A DNA stretch of 64,000 nucleotides from Acidilobaceae archaeon (GTDB lineage Archaea > Thermoproteota > Thermoprotei_A > Sulfolobales > Acidilobaceae), in contig JAWBBK010000001.1 in NCBI GenBank assembly GCA_038824665.1, forward strand, positions 160,001 through 224,000. Direction: 5' to 3'. The position numbers were made by a program, and so were the translations under genes. Below are positions 1-10,883 of the stretch, in pieces; the first letter of the stretch is position 1, and each line of letters starts with the position of its first letter. The notes beneath the pieces were generated by a model, which was not told the DNA's origin, did not search any database, and was given only the letters and a program-made list of their open reading frames with translations.

Positions 1-217
1 TGACGTACTCCCGAACTTCTTCTTCTTCCGCTATTTCAAGTAACTTGATTAAGGTCTCATCGCTAGGATGTGTCGCACCGGACTTATATTTACTTATAGC
101 GGCTATTGAGACATCTAGAGCTTCAGAGAGTTCTTTCAAGGTCCTACGTGAAAGGGCTTCCTCAATTATCTTCTTTCTCGCCTCTTTGCTGAGAAGATGG
201 ACGAACTTGTTGTTCAA
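1..217 (-). CDS. Cro/C1-type HTH transcriptional regulator, 3' end truncated by window edge
   Basis: Not in the ORF track. Manual translation from TTG at 217: MNNKFVHLLSKEARKKIIEEALSRRTLKELSEALDVSIAAISKYKSGATHPSDETLIKLLE..., a typical XRE HTH pattern. Confidence 0.75.
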   Translation of the reverse strand, partial: MNNKFVHLLSKEARKKIIEEALSRRTLKELSEALDVSIAAISKYKSGATHPSDETLIKLLEIAEEEEVREYV

Positions 218-538
218 GTTCCAATACCCACAGTCATCAGATGAGCTTAGAAGATTTAACGAGAACACCTTCAAACAGAGCTAACCATCCTTTTAGCTCT
301 TCTGAGCATTTGATTATACCTTACTTCTTGACGCTCTACCTGCTGAGAGTTACTTTCATCTTTTTGTTATGATGTACATATAAAAGTACTAAGATATCTA
401 GAAATATAAATAACAGAGCCTGTGAGAGAGCGGACGGACTATGTGGAGTTCTCAAGTTAGCTTAGCAGACCCTTCTTTGGAGAGGAGACAGGAATTTAAG
501 GTTGGCGTTTAGAGTCCAAAGGGGGTGGGCTTAAACAC

Positions 539-802
539 ATGAGTTCGAGCGGTCTAAGTAGAAAGATACTAGAGCATGAGTTGGTGCCAGAACATAGAGT
601 GCTTAGCTTAGAAGAAGCAATAGAGGTGCTTCAAAAACTAGGTGTGAAGCCCTGGCAGCTTCCTCAAATAAACATAAACGACCCCGTGGTGAGACTCTTG
701 GGAGCAAAGCCTGGAGACATAATTGAAATAAAAAGGAAAACGCCGCGAGGAGACGTGAGCATAGCTTATAGAATCGTTGTTGCTTTTGAAAAGAAGAAAT
801 AA
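539..802 (+). CDS. rpoH: DNA-directed RNA polymerase subunit H (Rpo5)
   Basis: [36 protein letters not shown] motifs; first gene of the rpo operon. Confidence 0.98.
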   Translation: MSSSGLSRKILEHELVPEHRVLSLEEAIEVLQKLGVKPWQLPQININDPVVRLLGAKPGDIIEIKRKTPRGDVSIAYRIVVAFEKKK

Positions 803-816
803 GGGGGGGTTCATTA

Positions 817-3800
817 ATGCGTAAAAAAACTCATCAACAAGCTATAACTCCCGAAGATCTGTGGGTTGTGTTCAAATCTTATGTAGAGTCTTTGGGATTA
901 GCTAGACAGCACTTAGACTCCTATAACAAGTTTGTTACGAAGAAGTTAGCTGAAATAGTCAAAGCCAACTCCGAGGTTAGACCTGCTTGGTGGAGAATAA
1001 AGAAAACACAGGTGGTCGGAGCTCCTGAAATGAAAGTCGTCATAACGGTCCTCGAGAAGCCAGAGCAGGCTTTTGGAAAGCCCATGGTTAAAGAGGCAGA
1101 CGGCTATCAGCATCCAATAACTCCCTACGAGTGCAGGATTAGAGACATATCCTACGTAGCTCCTCTCTACGCAGAGGTGGCTTTAGTTCAAGACGGAGTA
1201 GAAGTTGAAAGAAAGGTCGTTAAGATAGCTGACTTTCCCATAATGGTCAAGTCGGCTATAGACCCTCTCAGCAAGCTTAAACCGGAAGAACTCATAGCTA
1301 TAGGCGAAGATCCTCGAGATCCAGGAGGGTATTTCATAATAAACGGCAACGAGAAGGTCATAGTGGCTCAAGAGGACCTAGCTGTGAACAGAATAATAGT
1401 TGGTCCTGCTCAAGCCGGTACGGCTAGGATTACTCATTCGGCTAAAGTAGTCTCTACAGCACTAGGAGTCAGAAGACAAGTCATTGTCGATAGGATGAGC
1501 GATGGTAGCCTTGAGGTAACGGTCTCCAAGCTGAACTACAGAATACCCTTCGTAGTCCTTATGAGAGCTTTAGGTTTAGAGAAGGATATCGAAATAGTCT
1601 TGGCTGTTTCGACAGATCCCGAGGTTCAGAGAGAACTCTTACCGAGCTTTGAGAAAGTAGTTGAAATTGTGAGGACCACAGAAGATGCGCTCAAGTTCTT
1701 AGGCAATAGGCTCGCACCTGGACAGCCAGTTGAAGTGAGAATAGGGAGAGCAGAAGAGTTCCTCGACAAACAACTCCTACCCCATTTGGGCACTAGCCCT
1801 AAGGACAGAAAGAGGAAGGCTTATTATTTAGCTGAGATGGCTCGAAGAGTTATAGAGTGCTATCTCGGAAAAAGGAGTCCTGACGATAAAGACCATTATT
1901 CAAACAAGAGGATAAGGCTGGCTGGCGACCTGATAGCAGAGATCTTCAGGGAGTCCTATGAAGCTCTTGTCAGAAACATTCAGAGCAGAATGGAGGAAAT
2001 GATATCGCAGAGAAGAAAGGTAAGGATCATCAACTTAATTCGAAGCGACATAATATCGGAAAGACTAAGAACAGCTATAGCTACAGGGAACTGGAGTCTA
2101 GAGAGAACAGGGATAAGTCAGGCTTTAGATAGAACCAACTGGATCAGTCTTTTAAGTCATTTGCGTAGAGTGGTTTCTCCTTTAAGCAAAGTCCAGGCTC
2201 ACTTTGAAGCTAGAGACCTTCATGGAACCCATTGGGGTAGACTGTGTCCCTTTGAGACTCCTGAAGGTATAAACTGCGGTCTCGTAAAGAACCTAGCCTT
2301 ATACTCTTACATATCTGTAGGTGTCGATGAGACCTTCGTTGAGAACATGTTATATGAAGAGTTTGGGGTTCAGAATATAGAAGAGCTGATCTCAACAGCG
2401 TTGAAGAACGGAACTCCTCCCGAGGTTATGGTTAAAGGAGCTAGAGTACTTCTTAACGGTAGACCTATAGGGTATCATCCAGATGGAGAGGCTCTAGTCA
2501 ATGACCTCAGAAGCAGAAGAAGGTCTAACATGCTCTGTAGCGGCAGAGCACTTGAGCACAGATGTTTTGAGATAAGCGTCGCTCACATAAAGACGGAGTT
2601 CATAGACGAGGTTTACATCAACACCGATGAAGGCAGACTTATGAGACCATTGGTCTTGGTCGAAGACGGAAAGCCCAAACTAACTAAAGAGCACGTGGAG
2701 AAACTCAAGACAGGCGAGATCACAATTTGGGACTTAGTTGAAGAGGGCATTATTGAATTCTTAGACCCTGATGAAGAAGAGAACGCATACATAGCTGAAC
2801 TTCCTAGCGACCTGACTCAAGAACACACTCATTTAGAGCTGTGGCCTCCCGGCATATTAGGCGTTGCAGCATCTACGATACCGTATGCTGAGCATAATCA
2901 AAGCCCCAGAAACACCTATCAGTCGGCTATGGCAAAACAGGCATTAGGGCTTTACGCTCTTAATTACAAATTCAGAATGGATAGCCACTCTTATTTGCTT
3001 CAATATCCTCAGAGACCCATAGTTCAAACTAAAGGCTTAGAACTCATAGGTTATAACGAAAGACCTTCAGGACAAAACATGGTTTTGGCTATCCTGCCTT
3101 TCGAGGGCTATAACATGGAAGACGCAATAGTTTTCAACAAAACATCCATAGACTACGGGTTAGCGCGAGCATACTTCTTCCGCACTTACATAGCTCAAGA
3201 ACAAGACTATCCGGGAGGTCTAAGCGATAAAATAACGGTTCCCTCTCCAAAGCTTTATGACCACAAGGGGGATCACTACTACAGGAAGCTCTCACCTGAC
3301 GGAGTTATATGGCCAGAGGTAGAGGTTAGCGGAGGAGACGTTCTCGTTGGAAGAGAGAGTCCTCCCAGGTTTATGGGTGAGGAGAGAGTCATATCGACAG
3401 CTCTCATGTCATACAGAGATACCAGCATACAGCTCAGATACGGAGAGTCGGGTATTGTGGACACAGTGGTCTTAACAAAGACTTTAGAGAAGAACAAGCT
3501 GGTCAAGGTGAGAGTGAGAGATCAGAGAATACCCGAGATCGGAGACAAGTTTGCGACAAGACACGGACAGAAAGGAGTTATAGGGATGCTATATCCAGCT
3601 TACGACTTACCGTATACAGAAGAAGGTATAATTCCAGACGTTATAATGAATCCTCATGCCATACCTTCTAGAATGACGGTAGGCCAGATATTAGAGGTTA
3701 TAGCTGGAAAAGTGGGAGCAATTAAGGCTAGATACGTAGATGCCACACCTTTCTATAAAGAGGTTATTGACTCGCTTAAAATAGAGCTGTTGAAATCTGG

Positions 3801-4314
3801 ATACGATCCGAACTCGAGAGAGATCCTATATGACGGTAGAACGGGCGAGATCATAGAGAATCCAATAGTCATAGGCATATCGTTTTACCAGAGGCTATAC
3901 CACATGGTGTCAGACAAGATGCACGCCAGAGCTACAGGAAAGGTACAACTCCTCACAAGACAACCTACAGAAGGTAAGGCTAGACAAGGAGGTCTGAGGT
4001 TTGGCGAAATGGAGAGAGATAGCCTAGTAGGTCATGGAGCCTCAATGTTAGTGCGAGAGCGTCTTCTAGAGTCTAGCGACGTTTACGTTATGTATGTATG
4101 TAACTTCTGTGGACATATCTCTTGGTTTAACAGAAAGAAGGGGGTCTACGAGTGTCCTATTCATGGAGAGGAAGGAGACGTGAAGCCCGTTAAAGTCCCC
4201 TATGCATTCAAGCTGCTTCTGCAAGAGTTGCTAAGTATGGGTATAAAGCCAGAGATCAAGGTATCCGATAAGATCTCGTTGCTAAGACGAGAGCTTACTG
4301 GAGAAAGCGAATAG
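817..4314 (+). CDS. rpoB: DNA-directed RNA polymerase subunit B (Rpo2), unsplit
   Basis: DPGGYFIING, GRLCPFETPEG, GDKFATRHGQKG, GLRFGEMERD, C-terminal Zn ribbon. Confidence 0.99.
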   Translation: MRKKTHQQAITPEDLWVVFKSYVESLGLARQHLDSYNKFVTKKLAEIVKANSEVRPAWWRIKKTQVVGAPEMKVVITVLEKPEQAFGKPMVKEADGYQHPITPYECRIRDISYVAPLYAEVALVQDGVEVERKVVKIADFPIMVKSAIDPLSKLKPEELIAIGEDPRDPGGYFIINGNEKVIVAQEDLAVNRIIVGPAQAGTARITHSAKVVSTALGVRRQVIVDRMSDGSLEVTVSKLNYRIPFVVLMRALGLEKDIEIVLAVSTDPEVQRELLPSFEKVVEIVRTTEDALKFLGNRLAPGQPVEVRIGRAEEFLDKQLLPHLGTSPKDRKRKAYYLAEMARRVIECYLGKRSPDDKDHYSNKRIRLAGDLIAEIFRESYEALVRNIQSRMEEMISQRRKVRIINLIRSDIISERLRTAIATGNWSLERTGISQALDRTNWISLLSHLRRVVSPLSKVQAHFEARDLHGTHWGRLCPFETPEGINCGLVKNLALYSYISVGVDETFVENMLYEEFGVQNIEELISTALKNGTPPEVMVKGARVLLNGRPIGYHPDGEALVNDLRSRRRSNMLCSGRALEHRCFEISVAHIKTEFIDEVYINTDEGRLMRPLVLVEDGKPKLTKEHVEKLKTGEITIWDLVEEGIIEFLDPDEEENAYIAELPSDLTQEHTHLELWPPGILGVAASTIPYAEHNQSPRNTYQSAMAKQALGLYALNYKFRMDSHSYLLQYPQRPIVQTKGLELIGYNERPSGQNMVLAILPFEGYNMEDAIVFNKTSIDYGLARAYFFRTYIAQEQDYPGGLSDKITVPSPKLYDHKGDHYYRKLSPDGVIWPEVEVSGGDVLVGRESPPRFMGEERVISTALMSYRDTSIQLRYGESGIVDTVVLTKTLEKNKLVKVRVRDQRIPEIGDKFATRHGQKGVIGMLYPAYDLPYTEEGIIPDVIMNPHAIPSRMTVGQILEVIAGKVGAIKARYVDATPFYKEVIDSLKIELLKSGYDPNSREILYDGRTGEIIENPIVIGISFYQRLYHMVSDKMHARATGKVQLLTRQPTEGKARQGGLRFGEMERDSLVGHGASMLVRERLLESSDVYVMYVCNFCGHISWFNRKKGVYECPIHGEEGDVKPVKVPYAFKLLLQELLSMGIKPEIKVSDKISLLRRELTGESE

Positions 4315-4319
4315 AAAGG

Positions 4320-7004
4320 GTGGGACCAATGGTCGTCGTGAGACGCGAGCTTGTTGAAGAGGCATATGTTATTGAATCCATATTCTTCGGTCTTCTATCA
4401 CCTCAAGAAATAAGAAAGATGTCAAGAACCAGCATAGTCAGATCCGACATATACGAACCCGACGGCTCTCCAGTAGTCGGAGGATTGAGAGACCCTAGTC
4501 TGGGGGCTATAGAGCCCGGAGAAAGATGTCCTGTTTGTGGGAACACGAGAGAAGAGTGTCCCGGTCACTTCGGAAGGTTGGAGCTTGCAAGGCCCGTTCT
4601 CATACCGCACGCAGGCGAGTACATTCATCTTGTACTTCAAGCTACTTGTAGAAGATGTGGTAGAATCAAGATCCCACCAGACAAGTTAGCTAAGTACAAG
4701 AGCATTCTTAAGAGACTTAAGAAGTGGTCCAGATTAGCTGAGGCCTTCACTAAGTCTGTAGCTAGAGAGGCTTCCAATGAGACTACATGTCCTTATTGTG
4801 GAGAGAGGAACTTCAAGATAAGATTCATCAGACCGATAATATTTTATGAGGCCGGAGTGGAGGGAGAGGTTAGACTCAATCCTCTTCAAATCCGAGAGAG
4901 GTTGGAAAGAGTTCCTAACGAGGACGTAGAACTCTTAGGTTTAGACCCTCAGCGAGCTAGACCCGAATGGGCTGTACTAACGGTTCTTCCCATACCGCCT
5001 CTTTCTGTAAGGCCTCCAATAACTCTAGAGACAGGTATGAGAGCTGAAGACGATTTAGCACATGCCTTGGCCGAGATCGTCAGATACAACGAGAAGCTTA
5101 AGAGTCTCATATCTACAAACGCTCCCGAGCATATGGTTGAAGACGCTTGGATAGCTCTCCAACAGCTAGTAGCTGCTTATTTCGATAACGAGCTTCCCAA
5201 CGTGATCCAACTCATGCATAGAGGTAAAAGACCTCTTAAGACTCTAGCTCAGAGGCTTAAGGGGAAGGAGGGAAGGCTTAGAGGGAACCTTTCGGGAAAG
5301 AGAGTAAACTTCTCTTCAAGGACAGTCATAAGCCCAGATCCTTGGATAAGCATAAATGAGGTCGGAGTTCCAGAAGATGTAGCGAAAACTCTCACAGTTC
5401 AAGTTCGAGTGACTCCTTATAATATAGAGGAACTTCGAAGATATGTAAAGAACGGACCTTATGTCTGGCCCGGCGCCGCTTTTGTATACAAAGCTGACAC
5501 GGATAAGAAGATCGACCTCAGATACTATAAGAACTACCGGCAGGTAGCCGACGAGCTGAAGCCTGGAGATATAGTTGAGAGGCATCTAGTTGATGGAGAC
5601 ATAGTTTTATTCAACAGACAACCTACTCTACACAGAATGTCAATAATGGGACATATCGTTAAGGTCATGAAGGGCAAGACTTTTAGAATAAACCCGCTAG
5701 TTTGTCCACCTTATAACGCAGACTTCGATGGTGACGAGATGAACCTACACGTTCCGAGACTCGAGGAAGCTAGAGCAGAAGCTAGAGAGATCCTGCTCGT
5801 AGAAAAGCACATATTGACGCCGAGGTATGGAGGTCCGATAATAGGAGGCAGACAAGATTACGTGAGCGGAGCTTTCCTACTCTCTTTGAAGACTACCCTC
5901 TTAACTCGAGAACAGCTTTTGATGTTCATCGGGGCTAGCGGGCGACTCGTAGAGGTCCCAGAGCCAGCTATACTCAAACCAGGTCCTTACTGGACTGGAA
6001 AGCAATTGGTCAGTCTCTTTCTACCAAAAGACTTCAACTACAGGGGCAGAGCTAAGTTTAGTAGCGGAACTTTAAGGTGTGATAACGAACTCTGTATGTA
6101 TGACTCTTTCGTTGTAGTAAGAAACGGCAAGTTGCTTATGGGGGCTCTGGATAAGAACTCTATAGGAGCAGAACAACCTGGAGCCATTATACATCTCATC
6201 GCTTTAGAATATGGAGAGAAGAAGTGCGCAGAACTAATGGATACACTTTTCAGAATCTTTATAAGGGCTCTTGAAGCTAAAGGGTTAACTATGTCTTATA
6301 GCGAAATAGAGGTGCCTCCTAGCGCCAGAAACGAGATAAACGAGTTGATTGAAGAAGTCAGAAACGAGATAAACGAGTTGATCAGACAGTATCGAGAAGG
6401 TAGCTTAGAACTGATACCCGGTAGGACAGCTGAAGAAAGTCTTGAACTCAAGATAATTGAGAGATTACAGAAGCTCAGAACGACTTCTGGAGATTCTACA
6501 ATCAAGTACTTCGGCATGGATAATGGGGTCTTCATTATGGCTAGGACAGGCGCTAGAGGAAGCGATGTCAACATCACACAGATGGCTACTATGTTAGGAC
6601 AACAAACGATTAGAGGTAAGAGAATAATCAGAGGCTTTAGAACCAGAACTCTTCCTCACTTTAAACATAATGACTTGAGCCCCGAGGCTAGAGGCTTCAT
6701 AAAAGGCAACTTTAGAGACGGTTTGAGACCTACAGAACTCTTTTTCCATACAGTGGCAGGAAGAGAGGGTCTCGTAGACACGGCTGTAAAGACCTCTCAA
6801 AGCGGCTACATGCAGAGGAGGCTGATAAATGCTCTACAAGATATCGTGGTATACAGTGACGGAACAGTTCGAGATCTTTGGAACAACGTGATCCAGTTTA
6901 AGTATGGAGAAGACGGTGTCGACCCCTCTAGAACTTATCACGGAGTTCCTGTTGATATAGATAGAATCATTGAGAGAGTCAGGTCCAAGAGGTGGGTGAA
7001 GTGA
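4320..7004 (+). CDS. rpoA1: DNA-directed RNA polymerase subunit A' (Rpo1N)
   Basis: CPGHFG, catalytic [30 protein letters not shown]. Confidence 0.99.
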   Translation: MGPMVVVRRELVEEAYVIESIFFGLLSPQEIRKMSRTSIVRSDIYEPDGSPVVGGLRDPSLGAIEPGERCPVCGNTREECPGHFGRLELARPVLIPHAGEYIHLVLQATCRRCGRIKIPPDKLAKYKSILKRLKKWSRLAEAFTKSVAREASNETTCPYCGERNFKIRFIRPIIFYEAGVEGEVRLNPLQIRERLERVPNEDVELLGLDPQRARPEWAVLTVLPIPPLSVRPPITLETGMRAEDDLAHALAEIVRYNEKLKSLISTNAPEHMVEDAWIALQQLVAAYFDNELPNVIQLMHRGKRPLKTLAQRLKGKEGRLRGNLSGKRVNFSSRTVISPDPWISINEVGVPEDVAKTLTVQVRVTPYNIEELRRYVKNGPYVWPGAAFVYKADTDKKIDLRYYKNYRQVADELKPGDIVERHLVDGDIVLFNRQPTLHRMSIMGHIVKVMKGKTFRINPLVCPPYNADFDGDEMNLHVPRLEEARAEAREILLVEKHILTPRYGGPIIGGRQDYVSGAFLLSLKTTLLTREQLLMFIGASGRLVEVPEPAILKPGPYWTGKQLVSLFLPKDFNYRGRAKFSSGTLRCDNELCMYDSFVVVRNGKLLMGALDKNSIGAEQPGAIIHLIALEYGEKKCAELMDTLFRIFIRALEAKGLTMSYSEIEVPPSARNEINELIEEVRNEINELIRQYREGSLELIPGRTAEESLELKIIERLQKLRTTSGDSTIKYFGMDNGVFIMARTGARGSDVNITQMATMLGQQTIRGKRIIRGFRTRTLPHFKHNDLSPEARGFIKGNFRDGLRPTELFFHTVAGREGLVDTAVKTSQSGYMQRRLINALQDIVVYSDGTVRDLWNNVIQFKYGEDGVDPSRTYHGVPVDIDRIIERVRSKRWVK

Positions 7005-8206
7005 AGAAGAGAGATCTCATCGATTCTTTAAAGCTAGCCGAGAAAGTGCTTCCTCTAAGTCTCTACTCAGAGTTGAAGAACAAACTAGAAAAGGCGCAAG
7101 ACCTAACTGAAGAAGAGAAAATAGAAGTGGTAGAAGAGACTATAAGAGGATATCTGGCATCATTGGTCCAGCCAGGAGAGCCTGTAGGCACCGTTGCGGC
7201 TCAATCTATTGGTGAGCCCGGAACTCAAATGACTTTAAGGACCTTCCATTATGCTGGACTCATGGAGTTCGACGTTACTCTAGGATTACCCAGACTCATA
7301 GAGATAGTGGACGCTAAGAGCGAGCCCTCAGTGATGATCATGGAGGTCTATCTCGACGAGAACTTCAGATTCGATGAGCAAAAGGCTAGAGAAGTAGCGA
7401 GAAAGCTGGAGTACACTACTTTAGAGAAGGTTATGCAAAGCGTTGAGTACAGCTTAGGGGACAGAAGAATCGTGATCAAGCTCGATCCAGAGATGCTAGA
7501 AGACAAAGGAGTAACTCCAGAGATGGTTCTAAAGGCTCTAGAGTCTCTAAACTTAGGAGATGTTGAGATCACAGAGCCCTACACTGTGGTCCTCAACTTG
7601 AGCGAAAAAGCCCTACCTGAAGAGAAGCTTTATGATTTCAAAGCTTATAGAGACATAGAAGCCAGACTCAGAAAGCTCTACTTGAAGGGGATTAAAGGCA
7701 TAACTAGAACAATAATCAAAGTACGCGAGACTGTGGTCGAAGGAAAGCCTGTCAAGGAATACTATATAGTTACTGAAGGTAGCAACTTAGCTGAAGTTCT
7801 CGAGGTAGAGGGAGTAGACTATAGGAGAACTCGAACCAATAACATCTTCGAGATAGCTGAAGTTCTCGGAATAGAAGCGGCTAGAGCTGTGATAATTAAT
7901 GAGATAATGAAAGTTCTTCAAGACTCGGGGTTAGACGTAGATGTGAGACACGTCATACTCGTAGCCGACATAATGACGTGGACAGGAACTATAAGACAAA
8001 TAGGGAGATTAGGAGTAGCTGGAGAAAAGCCTAGCGTTATAGCCAGAGCAGCTTTCGAAGTCACGGTCAAACACTTTTATGATGCAGCCTTTAGAGGAGC
8101 TAGGGAAAGCTTAAGAGGCGTAACGGAGTCCATCATTGCAGGTCTACCCCCAAGAGTAGGGACCGGACAAGTGTTGCTATCTGTAGAGCGCAGGAGGTCG
8201 AGTTAA
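6992..8206 (+). CDS. rpoA2: DNA-directed RNA polymerase subunit A'' (Rpo1C)
   Basis: [34 protein letters not shown]; start may be GTG at 7001. Confidence 0.99.
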   Translation: MGEVKKRDLIDSLKLAEKVLPLSLYSELKNKLEKAQDLTEEEKIEVVEETIRGYLASLVQPGEPVGTVAAQSIGEPGTQMTLRTFHYAGLMEFDVTLGLPRLIEIVDAKSEPSVMIMEVYLDENFRFDEQKAREVARKLEYTTLEKVMQSVEYSLGDRRIVIKLDPEMLEDKGVTPEMVLKALESLNLGDVEITEPYTVVLNLSEKALPEEKLYDFKAYRDIEARLRKLYLKGIKGITRTIIKVRETVVEGKPVKEYYIVTEGSNLAEVLEVEGVDYRRTRTNNIFEIAEVLGIEAARAVIINEIMKVLQDSGLDVDVRHVILVADIMTWTGTIRQIGRLGVAGEKPSVIARAAFEVTVKHFYDAAFRGARESLRGVTESIIAGLPPRVGTGQVLLSVERRRSS

Positions 8207-8207
8207 G

Positions 8208-8528
8208 ATGTCTGCAACGGTAAGTACGGCTTTGGAGAGAGAACTCAAAAACCTCATAAAAAGCGGAAGGTATTATTTAGGTTACAAGAAGTCGCTCAAA
8301 GCTTTAGCTAGAGGAGAAGCCAGACTAATCATAGTGGCTAGCGGAGCTCCTCCTGCAATCAGAGAGAAAGCTCTTTATTATGCAAAGCTTTCAGGGACCC
8401 CCGTTATGGTTTATGAAGGAAGAAGCGTTGACTTAGGAGGGACCATAGGAAAGCCGTTTCCTGTTTCAATCATAGCTGTTGTAGATCCAGGGACATCTAG
8501 GATAATTGAGTTAGCGACAAGAGGTTAG
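8208..8528 (+). CDS. rpl30e: 50S ribosomal protein L30e
   Basis: L7Ae/L30e fold, GKPFPVSIIAVVDPGTS; conserved operon position. Confidence 0.97.
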   Translation: MSATVSTALERELKNLIKSGRYYLGYKKSLKALARGEARLIIVASGAPPAIREKALYYAKLSGTPVMVYEGRSVDLGGTIGKPFPVSIIAVVDPGTSRIIELATRG

Positions 8529-8539
8529 GGGTACCTCTC

Positions 8540-8977
8540 TTGAGCAACGAGGCGGACAAAATCACGGCCACGGAGCTGAGGTTGATCTCTGTTTTTAATG
8601 AACTTACGAAGTGTTCAGCTCTCAGATGCTTTATAGACTCAGAGAGCAACAGGATAATATTCCTTGTAGACAAAAGCGAGTACGGTAGAGCTGTAGGGAA
8701 GAACGGAAGAAACATCAAACTCTTAAGTCAGATTTTCAAAAGACCTGTAGAGATAGTCAAGTATTCCGATAATCTAGAAGAAATGGTTAGCTACCTTTTC
8801 CCAGCAGAAGGCATTGAGGAGGTAAGTCTGGTAGACGGTAGAGACGGTAAAAGCGTTACGATCAAGATCAGAGACGAATACAAGGGCAAAGCTATAGGGA
8901 AGAACGGAAGAAACATCAAAAGGGCTAGACTGCTTCTAAAAGCTCTCTTCAACGTGACTAAGGTCTCGATAAAATGA
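8540..8977 (+). CDS. nusA: Archaeal NusA-like transcription factor (two KH domains)
   Basis: Two G(R/K)A(V/I)GKNGRNIK KH motifs; operon position. Confidence 0.96.
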   Translation: MSNEADKITATELRLISVFNELTKCSALRCFIDSESNRIIFLVDKSEYGRAVGKNGRNIKLLSQIFKRPVEIVKYSDNLEEMVSYLFPAEGIEEVSLVDGRDGKSVTIKIRDEYKGKAIGKNGRNIKRARLLLKALFNVTKVSIK

Positions 8978-9021
8978 GGAGAAGTTAAAGGCTTTCGCGC
9001 TTAAACAGCGAGGGAGCACAC

Positions 9022-9465
9022 ATGGCCGGCAAGAAGTCCCCTCTAGGTCTCTATGCCGCTAGAAAGCTGAGAAGAAAGAGACTCAAGTTTAGATGGAGTC
9101 AGAGAGACTTCAGAGTGCGCATGTTAAAATTAAAAGAGAAGTACGACCCTCTTGAAGGAGCTCCAATGGCTAGAGGCATAGTGCTAGAGAAGGTAGGAAT
9201 AGAGTCAAGACAACCTAACTCTGCTCTTAGAAAGTGTGTGAGGGTTCAGTTAGCTAAAAACAAAAAAGTGGTTACAGCGTTCGTCCCTTACGACGGAGGG
9301 GTGCTCTACATAGATGAGCACGACGAAGTGATAATTGAGGGAATCGGTGGTAGCAGAGGCAGATCTATGGGAGACCTGCCTGGCGTTAGATATAAAGTCG
9401 TCATGGTCAACGGGGTCTCACTGAAGGCTCTTTGGTTGGGAAAGAGGCAAAAGCCTAAGAGATGA
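9022..9465 (+). CDS. rps12: 30S ribosomal protein S12 (uS12)
   Basis: [26 protein letters not shown]. Confidence 0.99.
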   Translation: MAGKKSPLGLYAARKLRRKRLKFRWSQRDFRVRMLKLKEKYDPLEGAPMARGIVLEKVGIESRQPNSALRKCVRVQLAKNKKVVTAFVPYDGGVLYIDEHDEVIIEGIGGSRGRSMGDLPGVRYKVVMVNGVSLKALWLGKRQKPKR

Positions 9466-9466
9466 T

Positions 9467-10072
9467 TTAATGGAAGAGAGTTCTAATCTTTCTTTTATTT
9501 GAAGCTATTATTATCGTTATCGTGACGGCTGAGACCAATACCAGCGCTATAATCGCCAGGTTGATCAGGTCTTTCCTATATAGCTCTCTTTGCTCAGAAG
9601 TCGTCTCTAAGCATTCTTTCCAAGTCTTTGGATCGAACTCGTTGAAGTGATCCCATATTGTAGCGTAGCGTAAGAGCACTAGATGATAGTTTACGTTGAG
9701 AATGCATGTGTCATTGACTTTAAAGTAGACTATTGCAACAAGTCGTCCGTATTTGTCTCTAAGCTCTATATCATCTACATCTAGATACACTATAGTCCCT
9801 TTACTCAGAAGTCTCTCTAAATACAGCTTAGCGCTTTCTCCTTGAGGTGTTTTCAGCTCTGGTGCGTTTATGTCGGCTAGTCTAACTCTTTCGATAGACC
9901 CCGGAGAAATTTTAGAGGTTCTACTTTCTACTATAGTGACCACTATAGTATCCCCATCGATCACCCTCTCTACTACAGCTATCGCATCGAAGTCTGCCTC
10001 AACAAAAGCTGTAGAGTAAAGGAAAACTAGGAGGAGAGCTAAGAGACACAGAAGCCTTTCGAGATTTTTCAA
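9467..10072 (-). CDS. Thermonuclease (SNase-like) with signal peptide and C-terminal TM anchor
   Basis: VIDGDTI, RVRLADINAPE, RDKYGRLVA SNase motifs; hydrophobic N- and C-termini; likely start TTG 10072 overlapping the GTPase stop (TTGA). Confidence 0.9.
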   Translation of the reverse strand: MKNLERLLCLLALLLVFLYSTAFVEADFDAIAVVERVIDGDTIVVTIVESRTSKISPGSIERVRLADINAPELKTPQGESAKLYLERLLSKGTIVYLDVDDIELRDKYGRLVAIVYFKVNDTCILNVNYHLVLLRYATIWDHFNEFDPKTWKECLETTSEQRELYRKDLINLAIIALVLVSAVTITIIIASNKRKIRTLFH

Positions 10073-10833
10073 GTCAGGTCCCCGCAAGCACAAAGAAATT
10101 CGTGAGCTACTCTATGGAGTTCCTCCATTCCTAGTCCTATCTTCGCTGACACATGAGGTACTTTAATACTTTTCACATACTTGACTACAACATCCAGTAG
10201 CTCTGATAAGAATTCTCCATATATAACTCTGCCTTCTTTCAAATACTCGGCTAGAGCTTCTGAGTCTCTTCTGAGGTCACCCGTGAACTTTAAGACGGGA
10301 TTCAGATCGATTTTATTAACTACGGGAACGACCTCACATCCCAGTTTTCCACGAAGAGAAGCACCTAGAATGACTGCGAAAGCGTAGTCTTCAGGTCTTA
10401 ATATTGTGGTAGCGTCTATAACGAAGAGAACGAGTACTCGCTCTCTAGAGACCTCTCTCAAAGCGTTCACTAAGTCGAGACCGAAGCCTGAGAGCAGAAA
10501 GAGGTCCATCTGACCAGGCGTATCGACTAACATATAGTCTCTAGAGATTTTCATCATAGACTTTACGTGTTTCTCAAGGTCTTCTTTCACGATCTCGAGA
10601 GCTTTCATTAGAGCTCCGTTTGGTCCTAGACCTAATTTGATTATGAGGTCTTTTACATTTACGAACTTCCTTATATCGTAGTCAGGCTCGTATGGAACAA
10701 ATTCAGTAGCGGGGTCCATGTTAATTAAAGACACCTCTAGATCTTGTACTTCTCGAAGCCACTTGCCGTAGGCGGCAGTGAGACTTGACTTACCGGCTCC
10801 CGCTGGACCAACAAACATCACCACCTTGGTCAT
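10069..10833 (-). CDS. GPN-loop GTPase
   Basis: GPAGAGKSS, NMDPA, LGPNGAL (GPN loop), DTPGQ, NKID, SAK. Confidence 0.95.
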   Translation of the reverse strand: MTKVVMFVGPAGAGKSSLTAAYGKWLREVQDLEVSLINMDPATEFVPYEPDYDIRKFVNVKDLIIKLGLGPNGALMKALEIVKEDLEKHVKSMMKISRDYMLVDTPGQMDLFLLSGFGLDLVNALREVSRERVLVLFVIDATTILRPEDYAFAVILGASLRGKLGCEVVPVVNKIDLNPVLKFTGDLRRDSEALAEYLKEGRVIYGEFLSELLDVVVKYVKSIKVPHVSAKIGLGMEELHRVAHEFLCACGDLT

Positions 10834-10883
10834 ATCTCTCCCTCTTTGAAGTTGCGTTTGAGAGAGCTTTAGTTGTTGAGCTG

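Noticed and set aside
45-284. 79-aa plus-strand ORF
   Set aside because: Antisense shadow of the minus-strand HTH regulator
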